Source: the human T2T-CHM13v2.0 reference genome, Homo sapiens
Reading direction: 5' to 3' (one strand)
Length of the DNA stretch: 64,000 nucleotides
Assembly: GCF_009914755.1 (NCBI RefSeq)
Contig: NC_060928.1
Shown here: positions 12,831 to 26,530 of the stretch, piece after piece
Layout: each line of letters starts with the position of its first letter
How positions within the stretch are numbered: position 1 is the stretch's first letter
Made by a program: the position numbers and the translations under genes
Notes under the pieces: generated by a model
What the model was told of the DNA's origin: nothing
Database searches by the model: none
The model's input: the letters and a program-made list of their open reading frames with translations, nothing else

Positions 12831-15104
12831 TGCCTCCTATTATATCATGTATTGTTGCTTTTTCTTCTTCTCCTCCTCCACACAATGTTTTATTTATTGC
12901 ATTGATTAGGAATTTGATGTTATTTGACAATTATGATGCAATCTTTCAATTGGTAAGCCATTCTCTTTATCCATGGCAATCCATGTTTAGGTTGGGTTGG
13001 AGACAGAGATCAGTATCATTTTGTGACTCCCCCAGAAAATCCTTCTCTTTAAAAGGAGAGAGCAGACAGCCAGCAGCATCCAGGAAGAGCAAATTAAATG
13101 GATATGGTTCCCACTCAAGGGTGTAAACTCTAACGGGAAAAACACTGACAAAGACAAACATTTAAAAGGATAAAAAGCATATACTTCTATAAATATAAAA
13201 AAGATGAATAGATGCAATGAATAGAAATTACAATTTATTTTACTTTCTCTGCACCTAAACTAATAAATCTAACAAGTAATATAAAACCACCTAAGTAGGT
13301 CTTTGTATAAGTTATTAGGTGAATTTTTAAAATCAAAGGCATTATTGTATATTCAATTATATGACTGATATATTTAACATATTTTTTTCATAGGATAAAC
13401 TGAATTATGGAATCAAGATGAAGCTTTACAGTCAGTGAAATATTTCAAAAGCGGTTCAATAAAAAAACCGTACTTTAAAACAAGATCATAAAATTTTCAT
13501 TTAATCTGACAAAGATAAAATCAAAAGATATGTAACATCTAATCAAAAGTCAGGATAATACTTTTATTTCATTAAGTTAATATTTATAAGTCACGAGTGG
13601 GTTATCCATGTGTCAGTTATAACAGTTTTACATTCATATGGTAGGGATAAATGTTACTGGAATCACCTACGGGATAATTACATTGACTTAAATTAATACT
13701 TAAATAGCTTCAGTTAATATAATTTCCTTGGAATAAAGTGAATCACTATTCTTACCTATCTTTTTCGGTGTAGATAGATATTATGTATATCGTAATCAGA
13801 ATTTAAAAAGTCATTTCTTGACATACACCTACTAACTGATAAAAATTATATGAGTTGTTTATGTTTTATAGTTTTTGGTAAAAATGCTATTTTTTCCCAA
13901 AAGCTAAAATAACAATATAGCATTTTCCTAGCCATATAAATGTATAAAGAGAGAGAAGTTAAAAAGACAAAAAATTTGAGAGTGTTTAAAATGACTTTTT
14001 ACTTTAAAGCCATATAGAATTATAATGAAAACTGAAAGCATTTTTCTTAATGCTTAGGTTGTTCACAATTATTAGTCATAGTATTGATTAGCAATGATTA
14101 AGAATTGGGCTACCAACAGCCATATATGTATTTTGTAAGAAAGATTAGTGAGTTAAGATTTTTAGAATTCTTAATTTATTTTCCATGCACTTCAAAATAT
14201 AGCAAGAAAGAAGTTTCAATATAAAAAGGTCTTTAAATTTACATGATTTCCAATGAGTTGACTGGTCTCTGGGGGCATCTACTGGAAATTTAGCAAACTG
14301 CAGTTACATCATGTAAATTTGGTAACTTTCACTATCCATCCTAATACAGATATTATTTTAATTGATATGCAAATAAGTTGACAAAGAAGATAAATGTAAA
14401 GTTATGCATGGTATTCTATCTCATCCATCTGGTAACAGCAAAACATGTAGCTGTCTATGAGATCAGTTAACAAATATTCAACTGTTAAAAATGTAAATAG
14501 GGCAGGTGGCATACCATAGATTAACAGTTTTCAAAGCATCCAATTCTTATTTTTGGAAAAATTAGAAAAATATTTTATACTTAAACATTCACATATTTAA
14601 TGAGAAATTTTTATTAATCCAAATAAAATATATATATAAAGCACTTTTAAATTATGATGGATTCTCTAAAACAAATCATTTTGTATCTCATACATCCACC
14701 AATCATAAATAATATGACTACTGCTTATTTTCTATATGATTTAATTTAATTATTACATGTTAACATCTCAAAAAGTAGAATTTATTATACTTGGATCAGA
14801 AGAATTTTTCATTATAGTCATTACAACTAGAATTCATCATTAAAATGAACATTGTTATTAATGTCCTCTAAACATTTCAGAACCTCCTTAAAGAATATTG
14901 AACATATAATGAACACAATACAATCATTTCAATGTATTATAATTTAACATATTTTAATTAAAAAGCTCTTTTTATAATATTATGTTATGACTAATCATAT
15001 AATTTAAATATCACAGCCATTATAATGATCTTGATTTTTTTGCAGAATTTATAGACCATATTCACTTTGAGAGATTAAAAATATAATTTGAAAGTATAAA
15101 TATT

Positions 15105-15362
15105 GTGATATGCTTATATTTTACCATTATATATTTTATATATTGCTGTAAAATTTATATAATTTATATGTAATTTTTATAAAATGCAATTAGATATTAT
15201 ATACATTATATATTATTTATAATATATAATTAGATATTATATAAATTATATATTATATATTTATATAAAATTATGCATTATATAAATTTTATATTATATT
15301 ACTTATATTAAATTATATGATACACAATTTATATAAAATTATATATAAAAATTATATAAAAT
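15105..15362. repeat. AT-rich low-complexity / degenerate (TA)n tract
   Basis: About 250 bp almost entirely A/T with repeated ttatata units. Confidence 0.85.
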
Positions 15363-18300
15363 TCTCCTTGTAAAGAGTCACATAACATTTTAGCTTCATT
15401 CCAAAGAGATTGTCTAATGCAATATATTAATTTATAATTTTTCTAAAAATTTCTTAGAATTGCTATCCAAATAAATGATTTCATCTTTTATTATATGAAC
15501 TGAAAAAATTAAGCAATATAAAAATATTACCAAAAAGTCAGAATATAAATATTAATATAGCATTCTGTTTCAGTTTTGATTTAGACTCAATTTAGGTAGA
15601 TAGGCCAATTTAACAATTTTAAATACATAAATAAAATCTGCCCCCCAGAACATTTTATGGAATAGAATTTTTATGTGATTATCAAAACAGTTACGCGTTT
15701 ACTAATTTGAACTTTAGACGAAACTGTTACATATGCAAGTTTTGCTTTGTATTTTTGGATTTTTTATCTATTAATAATAAAGAAAAGCATAGTCAGAATT
15801 TCAACATTTTAAAAGTATATATACAAATTGAAAAATGCTATTTTGAAAAAACTAACCTAAGTTCAACCTTTATTTTTTAAGAAAAAAACTAGTAATAATT
15901 AAGGAATAAAGTTTATCCTCTGGCATTTTGTAAATAGTACTATCACTAATATAACTCAACGAATAATAAAAATATCTAAAAATTTGATCAGTAAAGATTC
16001 TCTCAATAGCCTGATAAGAATTCATTTCAACATGGGTGATTATATTTTAGAAGTTATGAAATATTTGTGTAGAATGGGACAGAAATTATTTCACAGATTC
16101 TATTTTGATAGAACTGATGTTTTGCATTAAAGGCAGTCACTTTTTGTGAGATCAACAAATGTTTATAAACCAAACTATATTTTCATTGATGATTATTAAC
16201 AAATATCAGAGGAAAGCATGCTTATTTAGCAAATAGTACAGGACTATAATCTTTACAATAACTTTAGATAATTTCCTTAATAACATAAAGGCATTTTTTA
16301 TGTGCCCACTTGCTCAAAGTTATTTATTCAAGTGATTCCCATTTAATCAAATATTTCAAGTACAGTAATTGTTATCAACCAGGAATGGATAAACTATTCA
16401 TCAGACAATAGAAAGTATTACCAAAATAGTTACCCACGGTAGCTGTCGCACAGCACTTCAGCATCATTCATTTTCTTTATCGAAAAACCTCAAACATACA
16501 CATTTTTAAGACTTAAAAAAATACTGTTTGTTTTAGAAACATTTGTTGATCTCACAAAAAGTAACTGCCTTTAATGAAAACTTCTCTAGTAGTCTGGTAA
16601 AAAAGGATTGGAAGAAAAGCTCCTTATATGAGGTTAATTACATATGCAATTTTGATAAAAGTCTTATTACTTCCAAACTCCTTTGAGAAATTCAAACTTT
16701 ATACAAAATAATTTGTGTAGAAAAATTTTAAGCCAAAGATTCCACATGGAAAGATATTAAATGAGTGTTAAAGGAGAATTTTTCAGGGACAGTATTTTCA
16801 AGCCAGGATTACAACACGACTCCAAACACCTTTGGCTAACTGCAGCAAATCATATGGATTCTTGTTCTTTTCTTTCAGATTACACTGTACTTCTCTACTA
16901 TAGAAAAACCAGTTAAACCTAAGCTGAAAAATAAACCCTGGAAATAATCTTAGCTTTTAAATTGAGTTATAATGATACAAAATAAATTCAAATAAGTAAT
17001 ACAATTCTGGTGTATTATGTGTCCTAATATAACAAGAAGAAACATGAGGAAAAGAGGAGGGAAACAAAAAATGAGCTTCATATCACAGGACTACAAAGAG
17101 TGGACTAAATATACATGTAAATATCATCATACTCACTCATCAAATGATCATTTTTGTCTAAATTTGTATTTATAATTTCTATTAACAAAAAACTCCATAG
17201 AATATGATATTCACTCTGTTGTGTTCTTCTTTTTAAAACCACCCATCTTCACACTGACACTCTGTTTTTTGAAACATAATTCTATGATACCCTCCACATT
17301 TTTTGAAATTTTATTGTTTGGAAAACTTTTTCTCAAATAACATCATTTAAAATTTTCTTTTAGTTTTCTACACAGCATTATAAATAAAAGAACTATCAAC
17401 TTCCCATATACATTCAGGGAAATATCAAACTTTTATTAAAAATGAAAAGCTGGAGAATATAAAGAACAAACTTAGTAAAAACAAGTTGCATTATAAAGAA
17501 AACTTCAGCTCACTGCATTTTTTTTTACTAAAGTATGTCATACATTTTATCTTTGCAAGAATTTGACAAGTTTTGCAAGTAAAATTCTGTTTCCTCTACA
17601 CTTGCTAATAGTCATGAGAATCTGTAGTTTGCACCTTCCCATTAAAAATGTATTGTATTTTTTGAAATTATTCACCCCGCCTTTTATCCAGATCATGTCT
17701 TTGAAAGGAGGAAGTAGATAATAAATGGAATAATTCATGATTCCCCATTAAATATGAAACTTTCTTTTGCAGAGTTTAGAAAATGAAGTTCTACATAATG
17801 TACAAAAGTTGATTAGAACTTTTTTAACCTTTTCAAGAAAAAACCTTTCATACTAAACAACTACATGAGGAGCTTTCTCTGAGAAAGGTAAAACAATCAA
17901 TTCTTTACACCTATAGGTTCGTCATATATATTCTAATGTTGCCCCCTCTAAACATATATTTCCCTATAATACTTTAAACATATTAAAAATAATGGCAAGA
18001 AAAATAGTATACATTGAGTTGTAAACATGACAAGTTTTTAAGAGAAATATAACGTTTAAAATACAAAGGGAAAAAAATCACATAAATTAAAAATGAAAAC
18101 AAAACATTATTCATGCTCTTTTCAGTAATGTAATGGAAGATAGTGTAGGGGTAAATAACAAAAACTGCATGTGTATTTCTCTTACTATGGCATGTCTTCT
18201 AGTGAAGTAATGATATTTTGTCATGAGAAAAAAGTATATACACTTATAAAACTTATCTTTTACAAATCAATCATTGGTACTCCATTAACTACACTCTCTT

Positions 18301-18381
18301 GAGCCCCTTTTTTGATAAAATTTTTAAAAAGAAACCAAATGATTCTTAAGATGACTCCAGTTCTATATTTTTAGATATAAA

Positions 18382-18461
18382 TATTCTATATGTCTTGGGT
18401 GAGAAATCTGTATGTCTTGGGTGAGAAATTATATATATTCTATATGTCTTGGGTGAGAAAT
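18382..18461. repeat. Three copies of tatgtcttgggtgagaaat
   Basis: An identical 19-mer occurs three times with uneven spacers. Confidence 0.9.
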
Positions 18462-18929
18462 ACCTTAAGAGAAATGTCAAGTTCTGACTACTTAAGAGCA
18501 GCAGTTGATCTCATTTCTTCTTTGGGTTTTTAAGTTTCTATTATAGAAATAGTTCCTCATTTGACTCAACATATTTTGATTTTCCCCTTATCTAAAAATA
18601 AAATTAGAATACATTTCCCTATCAAACTTGAATGCTTAAAAGATAACTACCGAACTGTAAGTCATGTAAATAAATCTTTCATATTATGTGCTCTTTAATT
18701 ACCGTTGCAAAGTAAGTGTGCGCTGCGCACATGAACAGTGAAGCCAGGAGTTTTCACAGACTATATGTATATGATAAACTTCCAGAACATAATAAAATGC
18801 TTTGGCTAGAAAACATCTGTGTATATATAAAAGATCTTGTATATAAAGATCTTGTTTTCCTGAATATCATATTAATTTTATTGCACCTATCTAAACATTT
18901 AGAAAATTACTAGTTATAACTAAGAATAT

Positions 18930-21650
18930 GGAATTAGTACATACAAAAGTATATCAATAAGAACATTGCAAGAACAAAAGAAAGTATTTGCAAGAAGATG
19001 AAATAAAAGAGCCTTGGATTTAAACTTTTTTAAAAAAGTATAAAATAGATTAGTAGGCGGAGAACAAGAATATTTTTCTTTTGTATTACCATATAATAAT
19101 GCAAATACCAACAAAAAGAAAGCTTGTATAATATTATTAGTATTAAACAAAATAGAATTCAGGCAGAAAAAAATTAAAGGAGCATAATAATATCAGATAT
19201 TATTATAAACAGATCAATTTACTGAAAAATATAGCAGGTGGGAAACAATGCACCTAATAATATAGCTTAAAAATACATAAAATTAACAGAATAATGAGAA
19301 GACATCGATTTTAATTTTTTTCAGAAACTTACAGATAAAGTAGAGGGAGAAGTATTTCAACAGTAATTGCCTAGCTTGATTGAAATAACAGCCTCACACT
19401 AATATTTAGATTCTGAGAGATTTTTATATAATTATCTATCAAACAAATACAGAATATATACTTATTCGTCAAAAAAAGAAATATTTATAAAACCTGACCA
19501 TGTACTGGTCACACCAGGAATTTTGTAAATTGATACATTTAGTACACATCCATGGATATACATCCATGACACACTTACTAAGCATGAGTAAAGATTTACT
19601 TCCCAATCCTGGATCCCCTACAAAAAAAAAAAAAAAAAAGAAAGAAAGAAAACACCAAAAACTACTCACTGCAAATTTAGAAATACACTTCAAATTTATT
19701 TTTTGCTTAAATGCAGAACCACTATGGAAATTTTCACATATTTAGAATTGAAAGAAAGAAGAAGTTATCACCGTATTTAAAAAGAAGGCTATAGATTTAA
19801 GTGCATTTTCTAAAAAACAGGAGCAACTCATACTAGTGAAGAAGCTAGCTTTCAACTCAGGATGATAAAAAAAAACCCTAACAAAACAAATATTATGAAA
19901 TAATACTAAATAAAAATCTGAGAAGAAAATATTAACAGTAAGTTAATAAAATGATAAAAGAGAGACCAAAAAGTTGACACATAAAATGAAAGAACTGGTT
20001 ATGTGAAAAGAAAAAGATATCTGTGCAAATATAACCAAGAAAAACAAAAACAGATAGTCACTAAACATAGTAGCACGAACGGAAAAAGCTTCTAATTATA
20101 ATTATAGTAACAGCTAACTCTTACTATATGCTTAATGATGTGCCAGGTGCTGTTTTCAATACTTTACATGTAATTAGCCTATTTAAACCTGACAACATTT
20201 TTAATGAGATAGGTGCTATCATTTTAATCTCCATTGTACAGATGAGGAAACTATAGCACAAAGAGTTTAATTAACATGCTGAAGATCACACACACCTGTG
20301 AGTGATGGAGCTGGTTCATCAACAGAGGCAGTCCAACCCTAGACCCCGTATTATTAGCCATCATTATCTTTACACTCCCTCCAAGATACAGAGAATATTT
20401 CAAGAAATATAGAAGAGGCTTTAACATTATTAGAAAATATCATGTTAAACTTTATTGCAGTAAATATAAAATTTTACATAAATAGGCACTTATTTTTTAA
20501 AATAACAATAGCTGGAGAAGATTTAGAAGACCAGTTACAAGACCTACCTACCCCTTTTCCCCTGACCCCTACTCTCACCAAAGGAGAGAAACTATTCTGT
20601 TTTACATGGGAGTTCTACCAAATTTTCAATACTAAGAAATTCCCATTTCATCCAAAATGTGCTAGAGCATTGAAACGGATAAAAAATTATTTAGTCAATT
20701 TTACAAAATACAAGTAACCATTGTAATTTCTTTCACTGGGGGAGGGCCCAGAAAGACTGCAGAGGAAGAGATGTTTCTAGGTCCTTGCATTATCTGAAAA
20801 AATTTTTAATTTGCCCTCACTTTTAATTGAATAAGATAAAAATTCTTTAGCCAATTTTACAAAACCTTAAACTGTAGCATAAGAAAATTAAAATCGTAGC
20901 TCAATATCATTATTATTTAGATACAAAAATCACACACGCGCGTGCACACTAACACACAGAGAAGTCAATAAATCGAAACCATCGTAAGTAGAGTTTATCT
21001 CAGAATTGGAAGAATAGTTCAAAATAGAAAATCTAGTAACTTTAAATAATCTAGTAGGTGCTAGAAAATTATTTCACAAGGTTCAACACTCACACATGAT
21101 TAAGAAAAATAGAAACTAAAAAAAAGTTTCTTTATCTTGGTAACGTGTATCTATTAAAAAACCTATGGCAAAGGGCTTTCTCTTTGGGATACATTAGAAT
21201 AGTCTTCACTGAAGCCAGGAATGTGAAGAGACGCCGCTGTCAATGCTATTATGTAACATCATTGAAATGAAAGGTCCTTGTTAATGTGGGACTCAGTATT
21301 TTAATAATGTCAGTTCTCCTAAAATAACATATGAACTTAACACAATCCCAATAAAAGCTTAATGATATTTCCCCAACTCTTGACAAGATAATTCTAAAAT
21401 TCATATAAAACAGTGAATATACAAGAAAAACTTTCTCATTTGGAACAAAAGGGACTGTCTGCCAAATATAAGAATGCATTTCAACTATATTGATAAAAAG
21501 ATTAGTGGCATTAATATAAGAAAAGGCAAATAAATCAATATAACAGAATATATATGTACATGTATGTGTATAGGTATATGCATACACACATGAAAATTTG
21601 GCATTTAATAAAAGGAACATTTCAATTCAGGGTAAAGTTTTTAGGACAAC
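18930..21650 (+). mobile_element. Old L1M ORF2 remnant, interrupted by a MIR at about 20100-20370
   Basis: A-rich strand with degraded ORF2 motifs (aatgcaaataccaacaaaaagaaagc, gcacctaataatatagc, taataatgtcagttctcctaaaataacatatgaacttaacacaatcccaataaaa). Confidence 0.65.
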
Positions 21651-21859
21651 TGATTTGCAAATATTACTGGTTTTATTTTTTTAGATTAATATTTTATATT
21701 CAACAAATAACATATATATAGCATGTGCTATATTACTTTTCTGCACTTAAGAATATACTTAATACACTTAAATCTCAGTTTCCTGATCATCTCCTTAACC
21801 CTAATTAATACATGTGATAGGTTTATATTAACATTGTCATGAAGATCTTTCAGCTGCTT

Positions 21860-23080
21860 AATCATATTATTTGCCAGAGAATTAGTTGAGAACTGTTTCT
21901 TCCTTTTCTATTTTCTTGAAGAGTTCGTGTTGAGTTTGTCATTATTTCTTCCCCTAATGTTAGGTAGAATTCATTAGTGGAGCCACATGGGGCTGGAATT
22001 TTCTTTGTAGGAAGTTTTTTTAACTATAGATTTAATGTCTTTAATAAATATAAATCTCTTCTGTTATCTGTTTCTATGTAAGTGAACTTTGGCAGTGTCT
22101 TTTGAGAAATTTAGCCATTTCATCTAAGTCGTTGAGTTTATCAGCATAAAGTTTATCTCCTAGTAACACTTTAATATCTGTGTAATCTGTAGTAATATGT
22201 CCCTTTTCATTTCCCAAATTGGTAAACTGTGTCTTCTATTTTTTCTCTGATCAGTTTGACGAATGGTTGATCAATTTTTTTTCAAAGAACCAGCATTAGT
22301 TTCATGGGTTTTTTGGTTGCTTTCTGCCCTTATTTTACTATTCCTTTTTCTCTACTAACTTTGAGTTTAATTTGCTTTCTTTTTCCAGTTTTTGAAAATG
22401 AAAACTTAGAAAATTAATTTTGGATATTTATATTTTTCTAATACAAGCATTTTAATGCTATAAATTTCCTTTTAAGCACTGCTTTAGCTGTATCCCACAA
22501 ATTTTGACATGCTGTGTTTTCTTTTTCATTCAGTTAAAATATTTTCTAATTTGACTTGTGATTTCTTCTTTGATTCAGGGGTTATTTAGAAGTATGTTGT
22601 CTTGCTTCCCAATTCGGGAAGATTTTCCAAAACTCTTTCTGCTATCATTTTTAACTTAATTTCATTCCTGTAGGAGAACACAGTTGGAAGGATTTAAATT
22701 GTTTAAACATGTTAAAATTTGTTTTATGGCCCAGACTATAATCTACTTTGATAAATCCTCCATGCACAGTTGAACATAATGTATTCTACTGTTGTTTGGT
22801 GGAATATTCTGTAAGTGTCAATTACTTAAGGTGATTAAAGGCATTGTCCAAGGCTTCTATATTCCTACTGGTTTTTCTACCAGCTATTGAAAGAGTGATG
22901 TTGGAATCTCCAACAAAAATTATGGGTTTTTCTACTTCTCCTCTTCTTTCTATCAGTTTTGGTTTAATGTTTTTTTGAAGTTCTACTATCAGAAGCACAA
23001 ACATTTAGGCTTATGTCCTCTTGATGAGCCAACTCCTTTTATCATTATAAAATATCATTTTTTTCCATAGTAATATTTCA
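21860..23080 (-). mobile_element. Old L1M ORF2 remnant (endonuclease C-terminal region), opposite orientation
   Basis: ORF 22822..23004 reads KPIIFVGDSNITLS...NIEALDNAFNHL, resembling the L1 ORF2 motif IIVGDFNTPLS...DIEDLNNTINQL; the plus strand is T-rich. Confidence 0.8.
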
Positions 23081-24071
23081 ACTGCTTTCTGAAATTTTGA
23101 GATCTCTAATTTGTTTTCTCTCCTTCCTTATCATGGTAAGAATTTATTATCCTTTGTACTTCTGTGTGGCCATTTCAAATATAGAAAAGAAATGAGATTC
23201 GTCATTTATCTTGACCTTGACATTGATGTGGAAAAACCTTAAGCCAAACTAACTTTTGAGAAAACAATTCCCTTAATCAGCAATGCATTTCTTTGGCTAC
23301 TTTGATTATAGGATAAAAAATTGTTTCAGACAAGCTTAAGTAAAATGATTTCATGGAAATCTGAATCATGATTGCAGAACAACTGAGTTCTGGTAGAACT
23401 GAACCCCAAGGGAGGTTCTGGATCCAGGGTAGTCCTGGAAATACTGGAAAAGTCTGAAAATTGATTTCAAATATATGTCATCCATTTTCTTTCCAGCTTA
23501 TTCATTCCTTCCTCTCTTTGAACCATCCTTTTTTCTACTGCATTGCTTCTGCTTCTTTATAACAATAGATTGCCTTTGTCACATTACTTAACCTCTCCAT
23601 GCCTTCGTCTCTGGGAGTAATAACAAGGGTTATTGTTCATAGGGTTGTTTTAAGGACCAGTTAACACAGAGAATAGCACACAATAATCATTTATTTTACC
23701 TGTTACTATCTTGTTTGAAAGAAAACTTAACGAGGATATAATATTTATGACAAGCTCTCTAAATAACTATTTTGTTGCATTAGGTGTGCACATTTTTCTT
23801 ATATAAGATTATATAATAACTTTCTTTTGGAGCTTAGTATCAGGAAAAAGCTTGTCTCTCTTAAAGAACTGATGTATGTCTTTTCATCAGGTAATGAGAA
23901 TTCTGTAGTCCTTCGCATCTTCCTTTTTGCCCAGTCTACCCAGAAGTTGAAAGAAAAACTTAATGTTCCCTCATAGTAACTGTAGTAATTCCAGTGGGGA
24001 GCATATTTACATACTTTATTTATTTGCCTTCTATTTTCTAGTTATAATCTGACAGCTGTGTAATACAAAGG

Positions 24072-24371
24072 TTTTTTTTTGTTTTTTGTTTTTTGTTTTG
24101 AGACGGAGTCCTGCCTTGTCGCCCAGGCTGGAGAGTGCAATGGTGCAATCTTGGCTCACTGCCCAGGTTCAAGCAATTCTCCTGCCTCAGCCTCCTGAGT
24201 AGCTGGGATTACAGGTGCGTGCCACCATGCCTGGCTAATTTTTACATTTTTAGTAGAGACAGGGTTTCACCATGTTGGCCAGGCTGGTCTCAAATTCCTG
24301 ACCTCAGGTGATCCACCCACCTCGGCCTCCCAAAGTGCTGGGATTACAGACGCGAACCACCACGTCCAGCC
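24072..24371 (-). mobile_element. Alu (AluS-like) with a short internal deletion
   Basis: T-rich tail and Alu body; ggctcactgc joins directly to ccaggttcaagc; flanking tacaaag on both sides. Confidence 0.95.
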
Positions 24372-24542
24372 TACAAAGTTTTAACTTTAAGTTTCTTTAA
24401 TCCATTCTGGAAAGAAAGTCAACAAGCAAAAAAGTGTTATTTTATGTAAGTCAGAGGCCTAAAAGGTGAAGAAAACACAATCCTTGCTTTCAAAGACTCC
24501 AGTCTAGAGCAGAGTTCATTCCTTATGACAACCCACATTAAG

Positions 24543-24712
24543 AAAAAATACAAAAATTAGCTGAGTGTGGTGGTGCACACCTGTAATTCCACCTACTCAG
24601 GAGGCTGAGGCAGGAGAATTGCTTAAACCCAGGAGGTGGAGATTGCGCCACTGCACTCCAGCCTGGGCAACAGAGCAAGACCCCATCTCAAAAAAAAAAA
24701 AAAGAAAAAAAA
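24543..24712 (+). mobile_element. Alu right arm only (5'-truncated)
   Basis: Starts at linker aaaaaatacaaaaattagc, ends in an A tail. Confidence 0.9.
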
Positions 24713-24839
24713 AGACACTTACATTGCAGTTCAGCACATGTATAAATGTGAGTGTAATATATTAAACCAATATTTAAAAGCACAAATATGCAAAATGTTC
24801 CAATCAGTTTATAATTATTAACTCAATTAATTATAACTA

Positions 24840-26530
24840 TTTTAGGAAACAGGTCCTATTATCATTATTTTTTTCAGATTAGGTAACTGAAGTACAGAAA
24901 GGTTAAGTAACTTCCCCAAAGTCAACCATTTACTTTGTTAATGAGAGTAAATCTGGGACTGGAGACCAGAGAGTATGGTTTAAAAATTCATGCTCTATTC
25001 CATTATACGTGGCAGCCTCCCAATATTTAGCTTTCCTCTATGCAATGCATTCTTTTCTATCCTATTTGTCTACACTCTCTTTCCATTTTTTAAATCCTGG
25101 CCATGACCCCCAAACCAATGGGTCAAAATCACTACCCACTAATGAGTCACAATCTATATACTATCTGTACTATAATACATACATACAACATACGTACATA
25201 GTATATACATGCATAGTATAGAACATACTATAGTATGTTAAATATTAATAAAGGGGAAATAAAACACTTGTACATGACTGTCAATGGCCATCAAGATAGT
25301 TCAAACAGGAGTTCTGCTCTCTACCAAGTGTTTCAAAGGAGGCCTCACAAAGCAGGAAACTGTTAAGTTGAAGCTGGAAGATAAAAGCTTGCCCAGTACA
25401 CAAGGCATGAGAGAAAGCAGAGGGTTTTCCAGGCAGAACACATGTGCAAGGCTATGAAGGGGTAAAAGATCATGGGTTCTCATTCCTGTGAGGTGAGCTA
25501 AGCACTGTATGAATAGAGTACCAATGATGCACATACGAGCAGAGCAGCAATGGCCTCAGCTCTCTTGAAGCTTGTAGTCAAGTATAGGAAACAATTATAC
25601 TGTATTGCAATGGCAATACAGTGCTATAAGTGCACTGGAGATTACAAGATAGTAGCAAGTTTATCTAATACAGTCGAGCCATTTAAGAATGAGTAAGAAT
25701 CATGAGACAGTAAGGAGAAAAATCATTCTAGGCCAAGAGAATGGAAATACACTAAGAATGAGAGATGAGAGAAAACACAGTTTAATGAAGACCTGAGTAT
25801 TTTCAGAGGCAGAATGGTATAATGCTCCAAAAATGAGTGTTAGACCCAGACTGCCTAGATTCAAAGTCAGCTCTTCTACTTATTATGTGTGTGTCCTTGG
25901 GAAAGTTACTTAGTATCTCTGTGCATCAATTTTTAGCTGTAAATTGAACTAATAAATACTTTTTGTGAATTAAATGAATGAATACATATGAGGCACTTAA
26001 AACAATACCTGAAACATAGAAAGTGCTCTACAAATATTAGTCATTACTATTATTTTTGCAAGAAGATGAATTTCAAAGCAGGAATGGAAGGAATTAAACC
26101 TGGAAACAGTATGCACAGGCTGGGATGAGACTGGCCTTAATTAAAAAGTATTTCTTGAGTGCCTACTATGTGGATACTGTTATAGGTGCTGGAGACTCAG
26201 CAGTGAACAAGACATCCCTCTAGTTGCTCAGGTCAGTTCAGAAGGAGTCATTTTTTATCTATTCCTTTACTAAGTTCCCATGTTTACTCCGTCGGTAAAC
26301 TCTGATCTCTCTGTCACTTGAATATATTCTAAATTAGACCACTTCTCATCATTTCTACTACATCTGCCCTGATCAAGCCACCAATGTCTTTTGCTTGGGG
26401 TGTTCCCCAGTCAAATATCTACAGAGCACAATAGCCTTGAGTGATCCTTTTAAAATAAAGTGATATCATATCATTTCCCTGCATAAAATGAGCCAAAGGT
26501 TTCCTAGCATACTTAGAAGAAAATTTAGGC
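24840..26530. mobile_element. Cluster of MIR (about 24840-25010 and 25800-26055) and L2 fragments
   Basis: MIR cores gaaaggttaagtaacttcccc and ttgggaaagttacttagtatctctgtgcatc; L2 3' motif ttgagtgcctactatgtg. Confidence 0.6.

Noticed and set aside
13745-13765. Isolated minus-strand donor-like site (TAG|gtaaga) and similar sites in the 28-kb intron
   Set aside because: No convincing paired acceptor or open frame; such motifs are common by chance.
18382-18461. Three identical 19-mers with variable spacers, superficially CRISPR-like
   Set aside because: Spacers are only about 3-13 nt of related AT-rich sequence, there are no cas genes and the context is mammalian; this is local slippage.
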